Positions 51,527 to 64,000 of a stretch of 64,000 nucleotides of DNA are shown here, one piece after another. Below the pieces are notes generated by a model. That model was not told where the DNA came from and made no database searches. It was given only the letters and a program-made list of their open reading frames with translations. Position 1 is the stretch's first letter. Every line of letters begins with the position of its first letter. A program made the translations under genes and the position numbers. The stretch lies in contig OZ024741.1 in assembly GCA_964016885.1 (NCBI GenBank), forward strand, positions 399,962,001 through 400,026,000, given 5' to 3'. Origin of the DNA: Eledone cirrhosa. Taxonomy: Eukaryota.

Positions 51527-53473
51527 TGACTTAATCATTTCAGTCCACCATGTCAGTTGGTCATTTTGGTGCCATGATAAAGACCAGCCAATCCACACTG
51601 TTAAGTGGTCAATTGGTGTCACAATAAAGACCAACCAGTCCACACAGTAAAGTGGTCATTTTGGTGCGATGATAAAAAGCACCCAGTCCACACTGTAAAG
51701 TTGTTGTCTTGGTGCCACAATAAAAAGCATCCAGTCCACATTGTAAAGTGGTTGTCTTGGTGACTTGATTAAAAGGCACCCAAGTTCACACAGTAAAATT
51801 GTCATTTTGGTGCCACAATAAAGAGCAGCCAGTCCACACTGTAAAGTGATCTTTTTGGTGCCACAATAAAGAGCTGTCTGTCCACACTGTAAAGTGATCC
51901 TTTTGGTGCCACAATAAAGAGCTGCCTGTCCACACCATAAAGTGGTTGTCTTGGTGACATGATAAAAAACACCCAGTTCACACCGTAAAGTGGTTGTCTT
52001 GGTGACATGATAAAAAACACCCAGTTCACACCGTAAAGTGGTTGTCTTGGTGACATGATAAAAAGCACCCAGTCCACACTGTAAAGTGGTTATCTTGGTG
52101 ACATGATAAAAAGCACCCAGTTCACACTGTAAAAGTGGTTGGCAATAAGAATGGCATCCAGCCATAGAAACCAAGCAAGAAATAGTTATGCATGACTAAG
52201 TCATGGTCACCTGATCTGACTTGTCTCACATCAGGGCAACTTGACTAACCCATGCTATAGCATTTCCCACTAAATACATTAGCTTATAATATCAACCTAC
52301 ATTCTTTTTCTTTAGTTCCTTTGCCTTCCTATGGAACAATGGCAAACTATAGTTGTTTCTCTAGCAGATTTCATTCATGGAGGTAAGCTTACTAGCCTCA
52401 CACACCATCAATCCATGATAAAACAAACCAAAGACCCCCCCCCCCCAAAAAAAAAGGACAACTTATTTTATATCTTATATCCCAGTTAACTGATCATCAT
52501 CATCACCATCATCATCATTATCACTGTTGGTGTCAATTTTTCATGCTAGCATGCGTTAGGCAAGTTGTCTTGTGAGATAAGTCAGATCAGATGACCATGT
52601 CTTACTCATACAGAACTGTTTCTGGCTTGGTTTCTAAGGCAGGATACCCTTCCTAACATCAACTACATTCTACAGTGTGGACTGGGTGCTTTTCGTCATC
52701 TCACCAACATGACCACGTTACAGGATGAACTGGATTTTTTTGTCGTGTCACCAGCACAACCACTTTACTGCATGGAGTGAGTGCTTTTTCTTGTGTCACT
52801 AACACAATTGCCTTACAGGGTGTACTGGGTCCTTTTGGTTGTGTCACTAACATGATCAATTTACAGGGTGGACTGGTCCTTTTTGTCATGTTACCGACAC
52901 AACCACTTCACAGGGTATATTTTAAGTGATATACATCTAAATCTTAGTGTCATAGCAACATAACACAAAATTATTATTATTATTATTTCTATGGACTGGT
53001 AGAGAGTCGGACACCATGCCTTGCAGCATAGAGTTACGGCCCTTTACGGTCAGAGTTCAAATCCCGCCGAGGTTAACTTTGCCTTTCATCCTTACGGGTT
53101 CGATAAAATAAAGTACCAGTCCTGCACTGGGGTCAATTTAATCATCTTTCCCCTCCTCCAAAATTTCTGGCCTTGTGCCTATATAAGAAATCATTATTAT
53201 TTCTAATGGCGGTGGAATGGCAGTATCGGTAGAGAGTTGGACGCCATGCTTTGAAGCATAGAGTTATGACCCTTACCATTCTGAGTTCAAATCCCGCCAA
53301 GGTTAACTTTGCTTTTCATCCTTACGGTGTTCGATAAAATAAAGTACCAGTAATGTACTGGGGTAATTGCTGGCCTTGTGCCAAAAGTAGAAACAATTAT
53401 TTCTACATTGCTCACAACAGGACAACTCGTCTAACCCATGTTAGCGTGGTGGAAAAATGGGCGTTAAATGGTT

Positions 53474-53546
<73 letters not shown>

Positions 53547-54299
53547 CAGGCCTGAGCCGGCAGTAGTAGATATTTTGTTGTAGTATAGGGATGAAACTTA
53601 AAGAAAGATATAAGTATATATTTGACTGTAGATAATGTAAACCTTAAACATAGACGTAGTCGCCAGGAAATGCCAGTGGAAGGAAGCTGCAGTAGAGGAC
53701 AACCAAGAAAGACCTGGGTAGAAGTTGTGAGAAATACCTCAAATCGTTAAGACTGGAAGAGGAGATGATGAAGGAACACGACTAGTGGAATGATGCTTGT
53801 GCTGAGAAGAATCCGTCCAACCCATGCAAGCATGGAAATGCGGACGTAAAAATGATGATGATGATGTAGCATTTAGAAAAATAAAATCAATGTTTATGAA
53901 AGGGCTGGGCTGTGCTGGGCTGGGCTGGCAGTAGAAGATATTTTATTGTAAAGCTTAAAAAAAATGGGTTAGACGGTTTTGTTCCATTTGATGTGGGAAT
54001 GGTTGCATGACCATGTCTCACTCTCACGGAAGTGTCTCTGGCAGGTTTTTTTTACAGCTGGATGCCCTTGCTAACACTAACCACATTTACAGTGTGGACT
54101 GGGAGCCTTTTCACTGTGTCTCCTACACGCCCACCTTACAGTGTGGACTGTTGTGTCATCGACACAGTGGGCGGAACGGGAAAGGGAGGATGGGGTAGGT
54201 GTGGTTGTAGGGTGTACATTGAGTTAAGAGGTGCCTACTGACTGTAGGTTTGTATGCAATGGTAGTCGGGTCTTCTGTACAACTGCATGGTGCCAAAGA

Positions 54300-55310
54300 T
54301 CTCAATCCAGTGACATTGTCTTAGAGAGGTTTAAGTGAGCAAGGTCAGTTTTTATCACCTCGTCCCAGGTTTTTCTTGGTAAACTCACTCCGCAGCTTCC
54401 ATCAATTTTCATTGACCTGCACTTTTTTATACAGCTGTCGTCCTTCATATGCATCACATGTCCATACCAAAGCAATCTCCTCTCCAGAACACAACATTTG
54501 ATACCTCTTATGCTTAGTCTCCCTCTTAGTTAATTTATGTTTCGCCTTTCGTGCATATTACTATTATACATCCATCAGAGCATGCAAGCTTCGTTCCTTT
54601 CCAATCTACACAGGTCTTCAGCACACAATGCCCAAGTCTCACTACCATGTAATACCGCCATTCGTATGCATGCGTCATACAATCTGCCTTTCATTTTTAG
54701 AGAAAAACCGCTTGTGGCCAACAGTGGTATTAGCTCTCTGAACTTTTTCCATCCTGTTCTAACTCTGGCTACTACATTTTCAGAGCACCCTCCTCCACTG
54801 CTGATTTTGTCACCCAGGTAATGGAAGTTGTCTACTATTTCTATAAAACCATCTAGGCAGTTGAAGGAGATATCATCCAGTAGGTCCTTGCTACTTACTT
54901 CACCTGAGCATCGGCCACATATACAATCTACATTCTTAGATAGCTTACCTCTGATCCCACTAGATCTTTTATGTACCCATACTTTGCATTTGGGACATAG
55001 AATGGAGTTTCTGCCTACTCCTTTCTTATACACTGAGCATGGCCATTTCCCAGAGGGTACCTGTGCCCTATTCTCTTTTCTGCATACTAGAATCTTAGTC
55101 TTAGACAAGGCCTTTTAATTCAAGGCCATGCTTCCATGTTTGGAACATCCTCTCTAGTTCAGCCGTAGATTCAGCTATGAGAGTTAAATCATCTGCATAT
55201 AGAAGTTCCCATGGGCAGCCAGTCTTAAATCCCTGTTATAGCCTGTAGGACAATAATAAATAGGAGGGGGCTAAGAACGGAGCCCTGGTGAATCCCTACC
55301 ATTACGCTAA
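54300..55310 (-). mobile_element. RTE LINE fragment with PHD-like insert in RT
   Basis: LLYADDL, KTKILV..WPC..C.KC..WVH..C.RC, FHYLG, KGRLYDAC..LHGSETW. Confidence 0.9.
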
Positions 55311-55613
55311 ATATATATATATTTATGCAGAGAACAATGAAATAGACAGAAGTCAGAGGTAGGTAGTTAATTAGTTTATTGTTTTATGATTGTTTCAGAA
55401 GGTTGATTGATCGAGGAAGATCGATGTATCGACTAGCTTGGTACTGGTTAGGCTCTTGTCCCCCTTTCTTGTGTGCCCTTGAGGCAAATAAAGAAATATA
55501 CCTATTTCTAGTTTTGAAATTCCTGCTCAGTCGATCAGGAAAGTCCTGATGGTTTCTTTTGAATGAAACATTTCTATATTAAACTTCGTATATATATATA
55601 CATATATATATAT

Positions 55614-55670
55614 ATGAGATTCCTGATGATTTCTAAAGAATGAAACAGTTCTAGTCCTGTAGAATCTCAT
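55614..55670 (+). ncRNA. Canonical type I hammerhead ribozyme with full stem III
   Basis: atgagattc-CTGATGA-tttctaaagaat-GAAA-cag ttctagtc ctg-TA/gaatctcat; 9-bp stem I, GUA site; partial decayed copy at about 55546-55570; tail runs to (TA)n at 55751. Confidence 0.9.
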
Positions 55671-57319
55671 CTATATTAAAACTTTTATACTCTGCTATGT
55701 ATTGAGTACCTTACTTACTGTGGTTACCTCCGATTCAACCCGGAATAACGTATATATATATATATATATATACATATAGCTTAGATGTGTCTATGCACAT
55801 ATAAGCTTGCATATCTGATGAGATATTGAAAGAGTTGGCCCCGTCACCTTGATTGTACCCGGAGCAGATTGATATTGAAACAATTGTAATATGTAAATAA
55901 AGTTTATACATATGTTGCAACCTTGACTCCGACTCTTTTAAATCTATTTACACTCTGCACACTACAGCGGTAACTCTGGAATACAACCCAAATGAAATGG
56001 ACCTTGTAACAGCATTGAGTGCTTCGAACAGTGCACCGCCTGTAACTGTCATTACACACCTAACCAACATATATTTATATGTATACATCATCATCATCAT
56101 CATCATCACCGTTTTACGTCCGTTCTTCCACGCTAGCATGGGTTAGACGGGTTGTCCTGTTGTGGGCAGTGTCTGGTCGGCTGACCATGCCTTGCTCATA
56201 CAGGAACTGATCTGGCTTGATTTCTACAGCTGGATGCCCTTCCTAACACCAACCTCATTTACAGTGAGTGCTGGGTGCTTTTTCGTGGCGCCTACACGTC
56301 CACTTTACAGTGTGGGCTGGGTGCTTTTTTGCCGTGGCACCTCCACGACCACCTTACGGTGGGGGGGGGGGGGGGGGCATATTGTTTATATGCTTCAGCA
56401 TGTACCCATGGGAGGTCGGGTACCCTGTATTACTGCGTGACACACATGTATATAATCATGATAGTCAATAGCTTATGCAGGAATAGAAATTTGTGCAAAA
56501 ACCAAAGCAAAATATTTGTTATATATCAATAAATAACAAAGATCCTGAACATCTGGATATTTGAGTGACAAAATAAACAGAGGTTAGCAAAAATAAAATA
56601 ATATAAATTGATTTCTTCTGTAGGGTATAAACATAACATCAGATATATTAGGGGAGGAGAAACGTGATTGCATGATGTTCGTGCCCCTCCTAAGTGCATT
56701 AGCAATGTCTTCTCATCTTCTTTGTCCACTTATTCCTGAAAGGGCCATGGGGGCAGAGTCCTCAAACATTCCTTCTAGCAGGTTCTGTCAGAAGCAACCT
56801 GTCAGCTAGATCTCCAAGTGAGGCCAGCCAAGTTCATGGATGTTATCCAACCATCTTGCTGAGCATCTACACCTGGATCTGCTGCCAGTTGGTTTTGCCT
56901 GTGAAATCTGTCCGATGATGCTTTCCTGTGATATTCAAACCACAAGCTCATAGTTTGGGAGCTGGATCCCTAAGCAAGACTAGCCAAGCTCATGAATGTT
57001 ATCCAACCATCTTGCTCAGGGTCTACCCCTGAGTCTCCTGCCCGTTGGTTCTTACAAAGCATTAACAATATAAGAGAAGTAATTAAAATAGAATTACATA
57101 TCAAGAAAACTGATAATTCAGAACATGTTGGAAGCTTTGTTCTGCTCTACCGTTCTTGTATCACAGATTTAACATGGCAGTAGATTCTAAATTCTCTGAG
57201 AGAAATGGAAGTTTGTGTTATATATGTTTTTTCCCAAAAGCAACATTGTTGCTTTTGTTAAGACCACCAGCAAAATAAGCAGCGATACACACACACACAC
57301 ATATATATATATATATCTA

Positions 57320-57515
57320 AATAAGTGGATTCTCAATGGATATTGTGAGGTGACCATAGTTAAAGAAGGTACTCAATACATTAGTAGAGTATAAGTATAT
57401 GTATTTTATTATAGTAATGACTTCTACAGGACTAGAACTATCTCATTCGTATTTTCCCGGTGATTTTTTTTAAATGACACAGTTCTAGTCCTGTAGAAGT
57501 CATTTCTATAATAAT
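57320..57515. mobile_element. Short foldback of the 55614 hammerhead family (3' half only) with tail
   Basis: aatgacttctacaggactagaact is mirrored by agttctagtcctgtagaagtcatt; tail homologous to 55671-55750. Confidence 0.75.
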
Positions 57516-57949
57516 AATAATATATCATCATCGTTAACGTCTATCTTCCATGCTAGCATGGGTTTAGACGGGAATTGTCCCACTTGAGGCAAGATTGGTC
57601 GTCTTGCTCGTAGAGGACTGACTGGCAGGTTTTCTACGGCTGGATGCCCTTCCTAACACCAACCAGGTTTACAGTGTGGACTGGGAGGTTTTTACCGTGT
57701 TACCTACATGGTCACATTACAGCGTGGACTGTGTGTTTTTTTTGTCGTGACACCTACACGACCTCATTTATTTAGAACTGGATGTTGTGGTACCAACATA
57801 ACTTAACAGAAAAAGGGATGGTGTGTGTGTGGGGGCAGTAGGGATAGTGGGATAGGGGTGTATATTTAGTTAAGAGGTGCCTACTGACTGTAGGTTTCAC
57901 TTTGTACTTAGGCAAGGCGGATCTTCTGTATTACTGCATAGCACCAAAG

Positions 57950-59315
57950 ACCTCGATCCAGTGACATTGTCTTGGAGAGGTGCAAGTGTGTGAGGTCAGA
58001 ATTTATCAAATTGTCTCAGGTTTTTCTGGGTCTGCCTACTCTGTAACTGCCATCAATTTTGATCGCCCTGCACTTTTTTTTTATACAGCTGTCATCTTTC
58101 ATGCGCAACATGTGACTATACCAACGTAGTCTTTTCTCGAGTAAACAGCATCTGATCCCTAATTTCTCACTTAGTTCATTTATGCTTTGCCGTTTGTGTA
58201 TATTACTATTACACATCCAATGGAGCATGCATGCTTCGTTCCTCTCCAGTCTGCGCAGGACCTCTGCACACAATGCCCAGGTTTCACTGCCATGTAACAT
58301 TGCTGTTCGTATGCAGGCATCATACAGTCTACCTTTCATTTTTAGAAAGAACCCTTTAGCGTCTAATAGTGGTATAAGCTCTCTGAAATTTTTGTATCCT
58401 GTTCTGACTCTGGCTACTGTACTTTCAGAGCACCCTCCACCACTGCTGATTTTGTCACCCAGGTAACCACTATTTCTATAGAACCATCTGGGCAATAGGA
58501 GCTAGTATCCTGTGGGCACTTGCTACTTATTGCACCTGAACACCGGCCACATAAAATCTACATTTGGGACATAAAATGGAATTTCTGCCTACTCCTTTCC
58601 TACACACTGAGCATGGCCATTTTCTTTCCTACATACTAGAACTTTAGTCTTAGACAAGTTAACTTTAAGGCCTTTTGATTCTAGGCCACGCTTCTATGTT
58701 TGGAATTTTTCTCTAGTTCAGCCATCGATTCAGCGTTAGATCATTTGCATATAGAAGTCCCCATGGGCAGCCGGTCTTGAACTCCTCTTTTATAGCCTGA
58801 AGGGCAATAATAAATAGTAGGGGGCTAAGGACAGAGCCCTGATGAACACCAACTTTTATGCTAAATTCTTCACTATATTCGTTGTTAATTCTAACCTTGA
58901 TGACTGTTTCTTTATACATATCTTGTATAGCTCTCACAAGCCATTCATCTACACCTAGTTTTCTAAGGGCCCACCAGATAATGGAGCAGGGGACTCTCTC
59001 GAAGGCTTTCTCCAAGTCAACAAAAGCTAAGTATAGGGGTTTACTTTTAGCTAGGTACTTCTCCTGTAGTTGTCGTACAAGGAAAAGAGCGTCTGTGTTA
59101 CTTTTACCTGACACAAACCCAAACTGCATTTCATCTAGATCAATTCGCTCTTTGATTATTTGATTTATATCTTTTTCTGTGACCTTCATGACCTGGTCAA
59201 TTAATTTAATGAATCTATAGTTTCCCCTAGGGTATCTCCTTTACCCTTGTAGCAGTTAATGAGGCTGCTGCTACGCCAGTCATTTGTAATGACCCCGTTC
59301 TGTATGACTTTGTTT
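57950..59315 (-). mobile_element. RTE LINE fragment (RT core), frameshifted
   Basis: QFGF..AFVDLEKAF..GVHQGSVLSPLLF..LLYAND, RLRWYSH, GRPRKT. Confidence 0.92.
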
Positions 59316-60453
59316 AATATATATATATATATGGTTGTGTTGGTGTCACAACAAAAAGCACCCAGTACTCACTGTAAATGTGGTTGGTGCTAGGAAGGGC
59401 ATCAAGCCAAAGAAACTAAACCAAAATCAGTTCTGTGTGAGCAAGACATTTCTCACAAAAGGACAACTCATCTAACCCATGCAAGCATGGAAAAATGGAC
59501 ATTAAACATTGATGATGATGATATATACACACACAAACATATAAATGTAACTCTCTTTAGTTACGTCATGACAAATGGAAAAAGTGTTCCATGTGTTTCA
59601 TCAATGAGGCAGCTTGTGCGAGAAATTAACGTGCAAGTATTCCCTAGGTACATATATCCTTAACATAGCTCTCAAGGAGATTCAGTGGACAGCTTGTCAC
59701 AAGGCTGGCACTCTGAATTACAGGTTTAGCTAATTTTTTCCAGCCAAGTGGACTGCAGTGACATAAAATAAAGTCAATAAACATTATGTTTACATAGCTG
59801 ATTTCTCGGTCTTTCAAAGTGCTGAGGGGACAAAGTTGATATAAAGAATGGTGTGCTCATGTGTGAAGATGCTATAAAATAGTTTATATAATAGGATGAA
59901 GATCATTAAAAATATTATTAACCCTTTAGCATTTACATTACTCTATATTTACTATTGTATTTTCATGGTTAAGACTCATATCGAATCTGAGTTTGATAAT
60001 TTTTTTTTTTTTAGAACAATATCTTAACATAGGTATGAGCAACAGGTTATGGCCGGTTTGGACAGAAAGAGGTGAGAGAATTCTGGCCAAATACAGCCTG
60101 TTTGAATGCTAAAGGGTCTTCATCCTATTTCATATGAAGTATCTTGTGCAAGGACAAGATATGCCCTCAAGAATCAAACTCACAGTCATAACTGCAAGTC
60201 GAACACCTGATAAACTAATAATGCTGTTTCAATAAATAAACGAAAAAAAAAAACTATCTTTACATCAAATCTTGAAATAAATACACAAAGAGAGAAAATG
60301 TTATATATTTTATTAAAATAGTAATTGAAATTTATCAAAATGTGCATTAAAGAAAAGAAAAAAGAAAATAACAAAAGTGAAAAAATAAATTAATGGTGGA
60401 ATATTTATCACAATTTGATAGAATTATGAAGATTAGTGAAAGTGCTGTAAGAT

Positions 60454-60706
60454 TTAACCCTTTTGGTACAAACCACCAGAAGTTGTGCTGATATAAAATT
60501 GGGGATTTTAAAGGTGTTTAAATTTATCTAAAAAAAAAAAAAACCTTCCATCATAATTTTATCTAAGAATCTTTGTTAATTTCCAAACACCAACTAAATG
60601 AGGAAGTAATATTACTAAATCCCACCAAATTCTTGATTTACAAAATTATTTGAAAATCATAAACAGGCAGTGTGTTTCTTTAGAAATATGGTAATGAAAG
60701 GGTTAA
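60454..60706. mobile_element. Second TTAA-flanked MITE family (related copy about 62176-62410)
   Basis: TTAA-cccttttggtac..gtaatgaaaggg-TTAA. Confidence 0.7.
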
Positions 60707-63195
60707 TGAATGATTGTATAAACTAATTAGAATATTGAAAACTAATGAATCTGGAAAAGATTTGTTAAAGTATTAATAATAATTTCTACTTTAGGTACAA
60801 GGTCAGTAATTTGGACGAGGAAATTGATTAGCCCTTTAGCATTTAAACCGGTCATATCTGGCCAGAATTGTCTGACATCTTTCTGTTCAAACCGGCCGTA
60901 ACTAGCCACTCATACTGATGTTAAGGTCTTGTTTTCAAGGTAAATAACATCAAAATCTCAGAGTTGATGTGAATAATTATGTAAGATAAAGCCTTTACTG
61001 TGAAAATATAGTATAAATAGAGTACTGTGGATGCTAAAGGGTTAAATCAACCTCAGTATTTTACTGGTACTTTTATCAACCCCGAAAGGATGAAAAAGGC
61101 AAAGTTGACCGTGGCAGGATTTGAACCCAGTATGTAGATAGTTGTAACTAAATACCACAATGGTATGTTGTCCAACGCTCTACTGATTCTGCCAATCCAC
61201 CACCTTTTTAAAAGTATTAATATAGCTTTCTGATTTAGGCACAAGGCCAACAGCCAACAATTTTTGGGGATGAGAGAAAGTCAATTAAATCAACCCCAGT
61301 GCATTACTGGTACTTTATATTATCACCCCTGTAAGGATGAAAGGCAAAGCTAACCTTGGCACGATTTGAACTCAGAATGTAAAGAGATGCAACTCTATGC
61401 TGCAAAGCATGGTGTCCAATGCTCTACCAATTCTGCCGATCCACCATTCTTTTTAAAGTATTAATATTAAACTCAAGTTAATACTACTTCTATTGTTAGG
61501 GTTAATTGATTCAATTGAGCCCATTATATGACTGGTATTTCATTTTATCAACCCTGGAAGGATGAAAAATAAAGTTGACCCCAGAATATAAACAGCTGGT
61601 ACAAATAGTCTGACTTGGCCAACCCACCACCTTACATCTACTAACGATTATACTAATTTCAACGAAAGGACAAAAATTGATACAATATTTCAATTGAATT
61701 GAAAAATTAAAACAAAAGGATACAGAAATATAAAGATTTTAGAATTTGATCCTATTTTTAACACTGATCTTAGCATTAAAACTATAGTCATCAGATGTAG
61801 CATTGATACATTAAGTAAACAGAACTCAACTATGTTAAGCTCAAATTATAAAGACATAAGTACACTTGTTCTGGAATCATCTTTAAAGCTTAAAGACAAA
61901 AATGTATTTAACAAAATAGATAAATCCTTTGATGTTTTATAAAATTAAAAATATACATTAACAAGCCATATTTGGCTTCAAAAGAATGAATCACAGAATG
62001 TGTGGCATTCATACCTTTCCCCGAGACATTGATGTCACACACAATCAAACCTGAAACGTAGGCTGGTTCAATAAGAACATACACCCTTTCTTTATAACAT
62101 TACCATAGAACAAATACCACAAAACATTGACATTCAACAACTCTGCCAATTTGTCACCTAATGTGGTAACATAACCTAACCCTTTGGATCCCCCCCCCCC
62201 TCTTTGGTTCTATGATAGAAAACTATTCATTTTAAAGTGTTTTATATAAACAACAGCTTCAATCATAACTTTATGTAAGAACCTTTGCTTAATTGTGTTC
62301 TAAACATTAGCTTAACAAAAAAGTTCTATACTAAATTAATGGTTATTTTCAAAATTATTTGAAAATCCTGAACTATGCAGAGTCTTAGAAATATGGTAAT
62401 GAAAGGGTTCAAGTAGTATTGAGAATTATACTAAGAAAAATAAAATAAAAATTAACCTAAAACTAAGACAGCAAATAAAGAACATTGAAATATTTTACAG
62501 TGCCAAACTAATATTTCAGCTGATTCTAATGAAATAAAGGATTTAGAAACAAAAACAAAACAACAAAAAGATGTCCTTTTTTTATTTAGAAAGTGACAGA
62601 TTTTTTTTCTTTCGAGTGCAAAAGAAAATCACAACCAAGGTGTTTAAAGGAATAACAGCAATAATAGATATTTATATATTTCATAAATGGCAAAAAAAGT
62701 TTAACATGATTTTGTTGGAGCCAGTGGCAAGCAATGTGAACAGAAAAAAAAACTTGATAAACAAATATATATATTTACAAATGAAACTAAGAAAAAAAAT
62801 AAGGTAATGTGCCGAAGTTATAAGAGATAAATATCTGAACTTTGGTAAAGAAGACCCTAACATGGCTACTAGTCAAAGACTAGAATAACTAAATTATACC
62901 TTTATATACCATATTTCCTGGCATCAAAGACGCTACTTTTTTCCTAAAATAAGTCTCAAAAATCTACCATGCATCCTGGAGGCAGAAGGTTGCTTTTTTT
63001 TTTTTCAAATGTTTGGTTGTCAAAATTAGGGTGCGTCAACGAGGACGAAGTATCTTTGGCACAGGGAAATACAGTGTATACACACACACAGAGTCTGCCA
63101 AAACAATGTATACACAATACAAGAAAAGAAAAACTTGTATAGATATTTAACATGTATTTAACACCACTATAAATGTAAATACAATTTTTTTTTAC

Positions 63196-63285
<90 letters not shown>

Positions 63286-63721
63286 TTCATTATTTCGTTT
63301 TATTTTGGGGACTTCAGCTCTTCTCACAGACTAAGTCTTAAATGGATACACTGATATGCCATATTTCAAAACCCAAATTTTTAGCCAGGTAATTTCCTTA
63401 TTTTTTTTAATCATCTCTCAAACTATACCAAACTTCTAGTCAGGTAAATTTCATTATTATTTTTTAACCAAATTTCTAGCCAGGTAAATTTCAACATTCT
63501 TTTAACCATCTCTCAAACTATACCCAAACTTCTAGCCAGGTAAATTTCAACAGTCTTCTTTTGGCAATCTCTCACCTTATACTAAGAACATACAGACTAC
63601 CTACTGTAAATTTACCCTTGATTTACTACTTACTTTTTTATGTTTTTATATTTTTCGCATTTTTTCATATTTTTTCTTGTATATAATTTTATAATTAGTT
63701 AATATCCCGTATGTAATCTGA

Positions 63722-64000
63722 TATTAGGTTGTTCTGAAAATAATGGCTGCTCTAAGTGTTGTGTTTTGAAACGCAATTTTATCATAGTATTTTAATTATA
63801 TTTTAGGTGAATTTCGACATACTTAATAATTGATGTATGCTCTTTAATAATTTTCTACTTATTTCAGACAGAAAACATTCTTGAAGCATAGGCGCCCTTA
63901 ATTATGAACATGACATAAAAGGACCTTCGCTTACTTTTCTTGCATGAGTTCAAGCTTGGGCACAATGCCTCTCAAACAGCTGCCAATATCAACAGAGCAT
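63722..64000 (+). mobile_element. Mariner transposon 5' end, inactive transposase start
   Basis: TA + ttaggttg TIR; from 63904 MNMT*KDLRLLFLHEFKLGHNASQTAANINRA (Mos1/Hsmar1-type HTH) with an early stop. Confidence 0.85.

Overview
This window is AT-rich, repeat-saturated animal DNA. The SINE, LINE and MITE families are most consistent with an octopod cephalopod; this is recognition by eye, not a search result. I can support one host gene: the first 10 coding exons (minus strand, ATG at 32616, running off the left end) of a secreted protein. Its architecture is signal peptide, EMI-like domain, 5 EGF repeats, then the start of a VWD domain (SCO-spondin/otogelin/hemolectin/VWF superfamily). All splice phases join without stops, giving about 407 aa. 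The rest is tRNA-derived SINEs, RTE/CR1/RLE LINE fragments, TTAA MITEs, a mariner 5' end, micro- and minisatellites, and one decayed Penelope-like element (PLE; RT + GIY-YIG, Hydra-clade-like) with an inverted terminal arm. The main hidden signal is a dense set of short non-coding elements from mutually unrelated families, inserted in (TA)n tracts and arranged as foldbacks or tandem 1.4-mers. Most carry a type I hammerhead ribozyme fold, including minimal forms with palindromic stem III, U3-A8 core covariants and a possible U4A variant. Several also share a 3' tail hairpin. The set looks like a diverse PLE-dependent retrozyme-like system, much of it inside the host gene's introns. Repeat boundaries are by eye and approximate; ribozyme activity is inferred from fold only.
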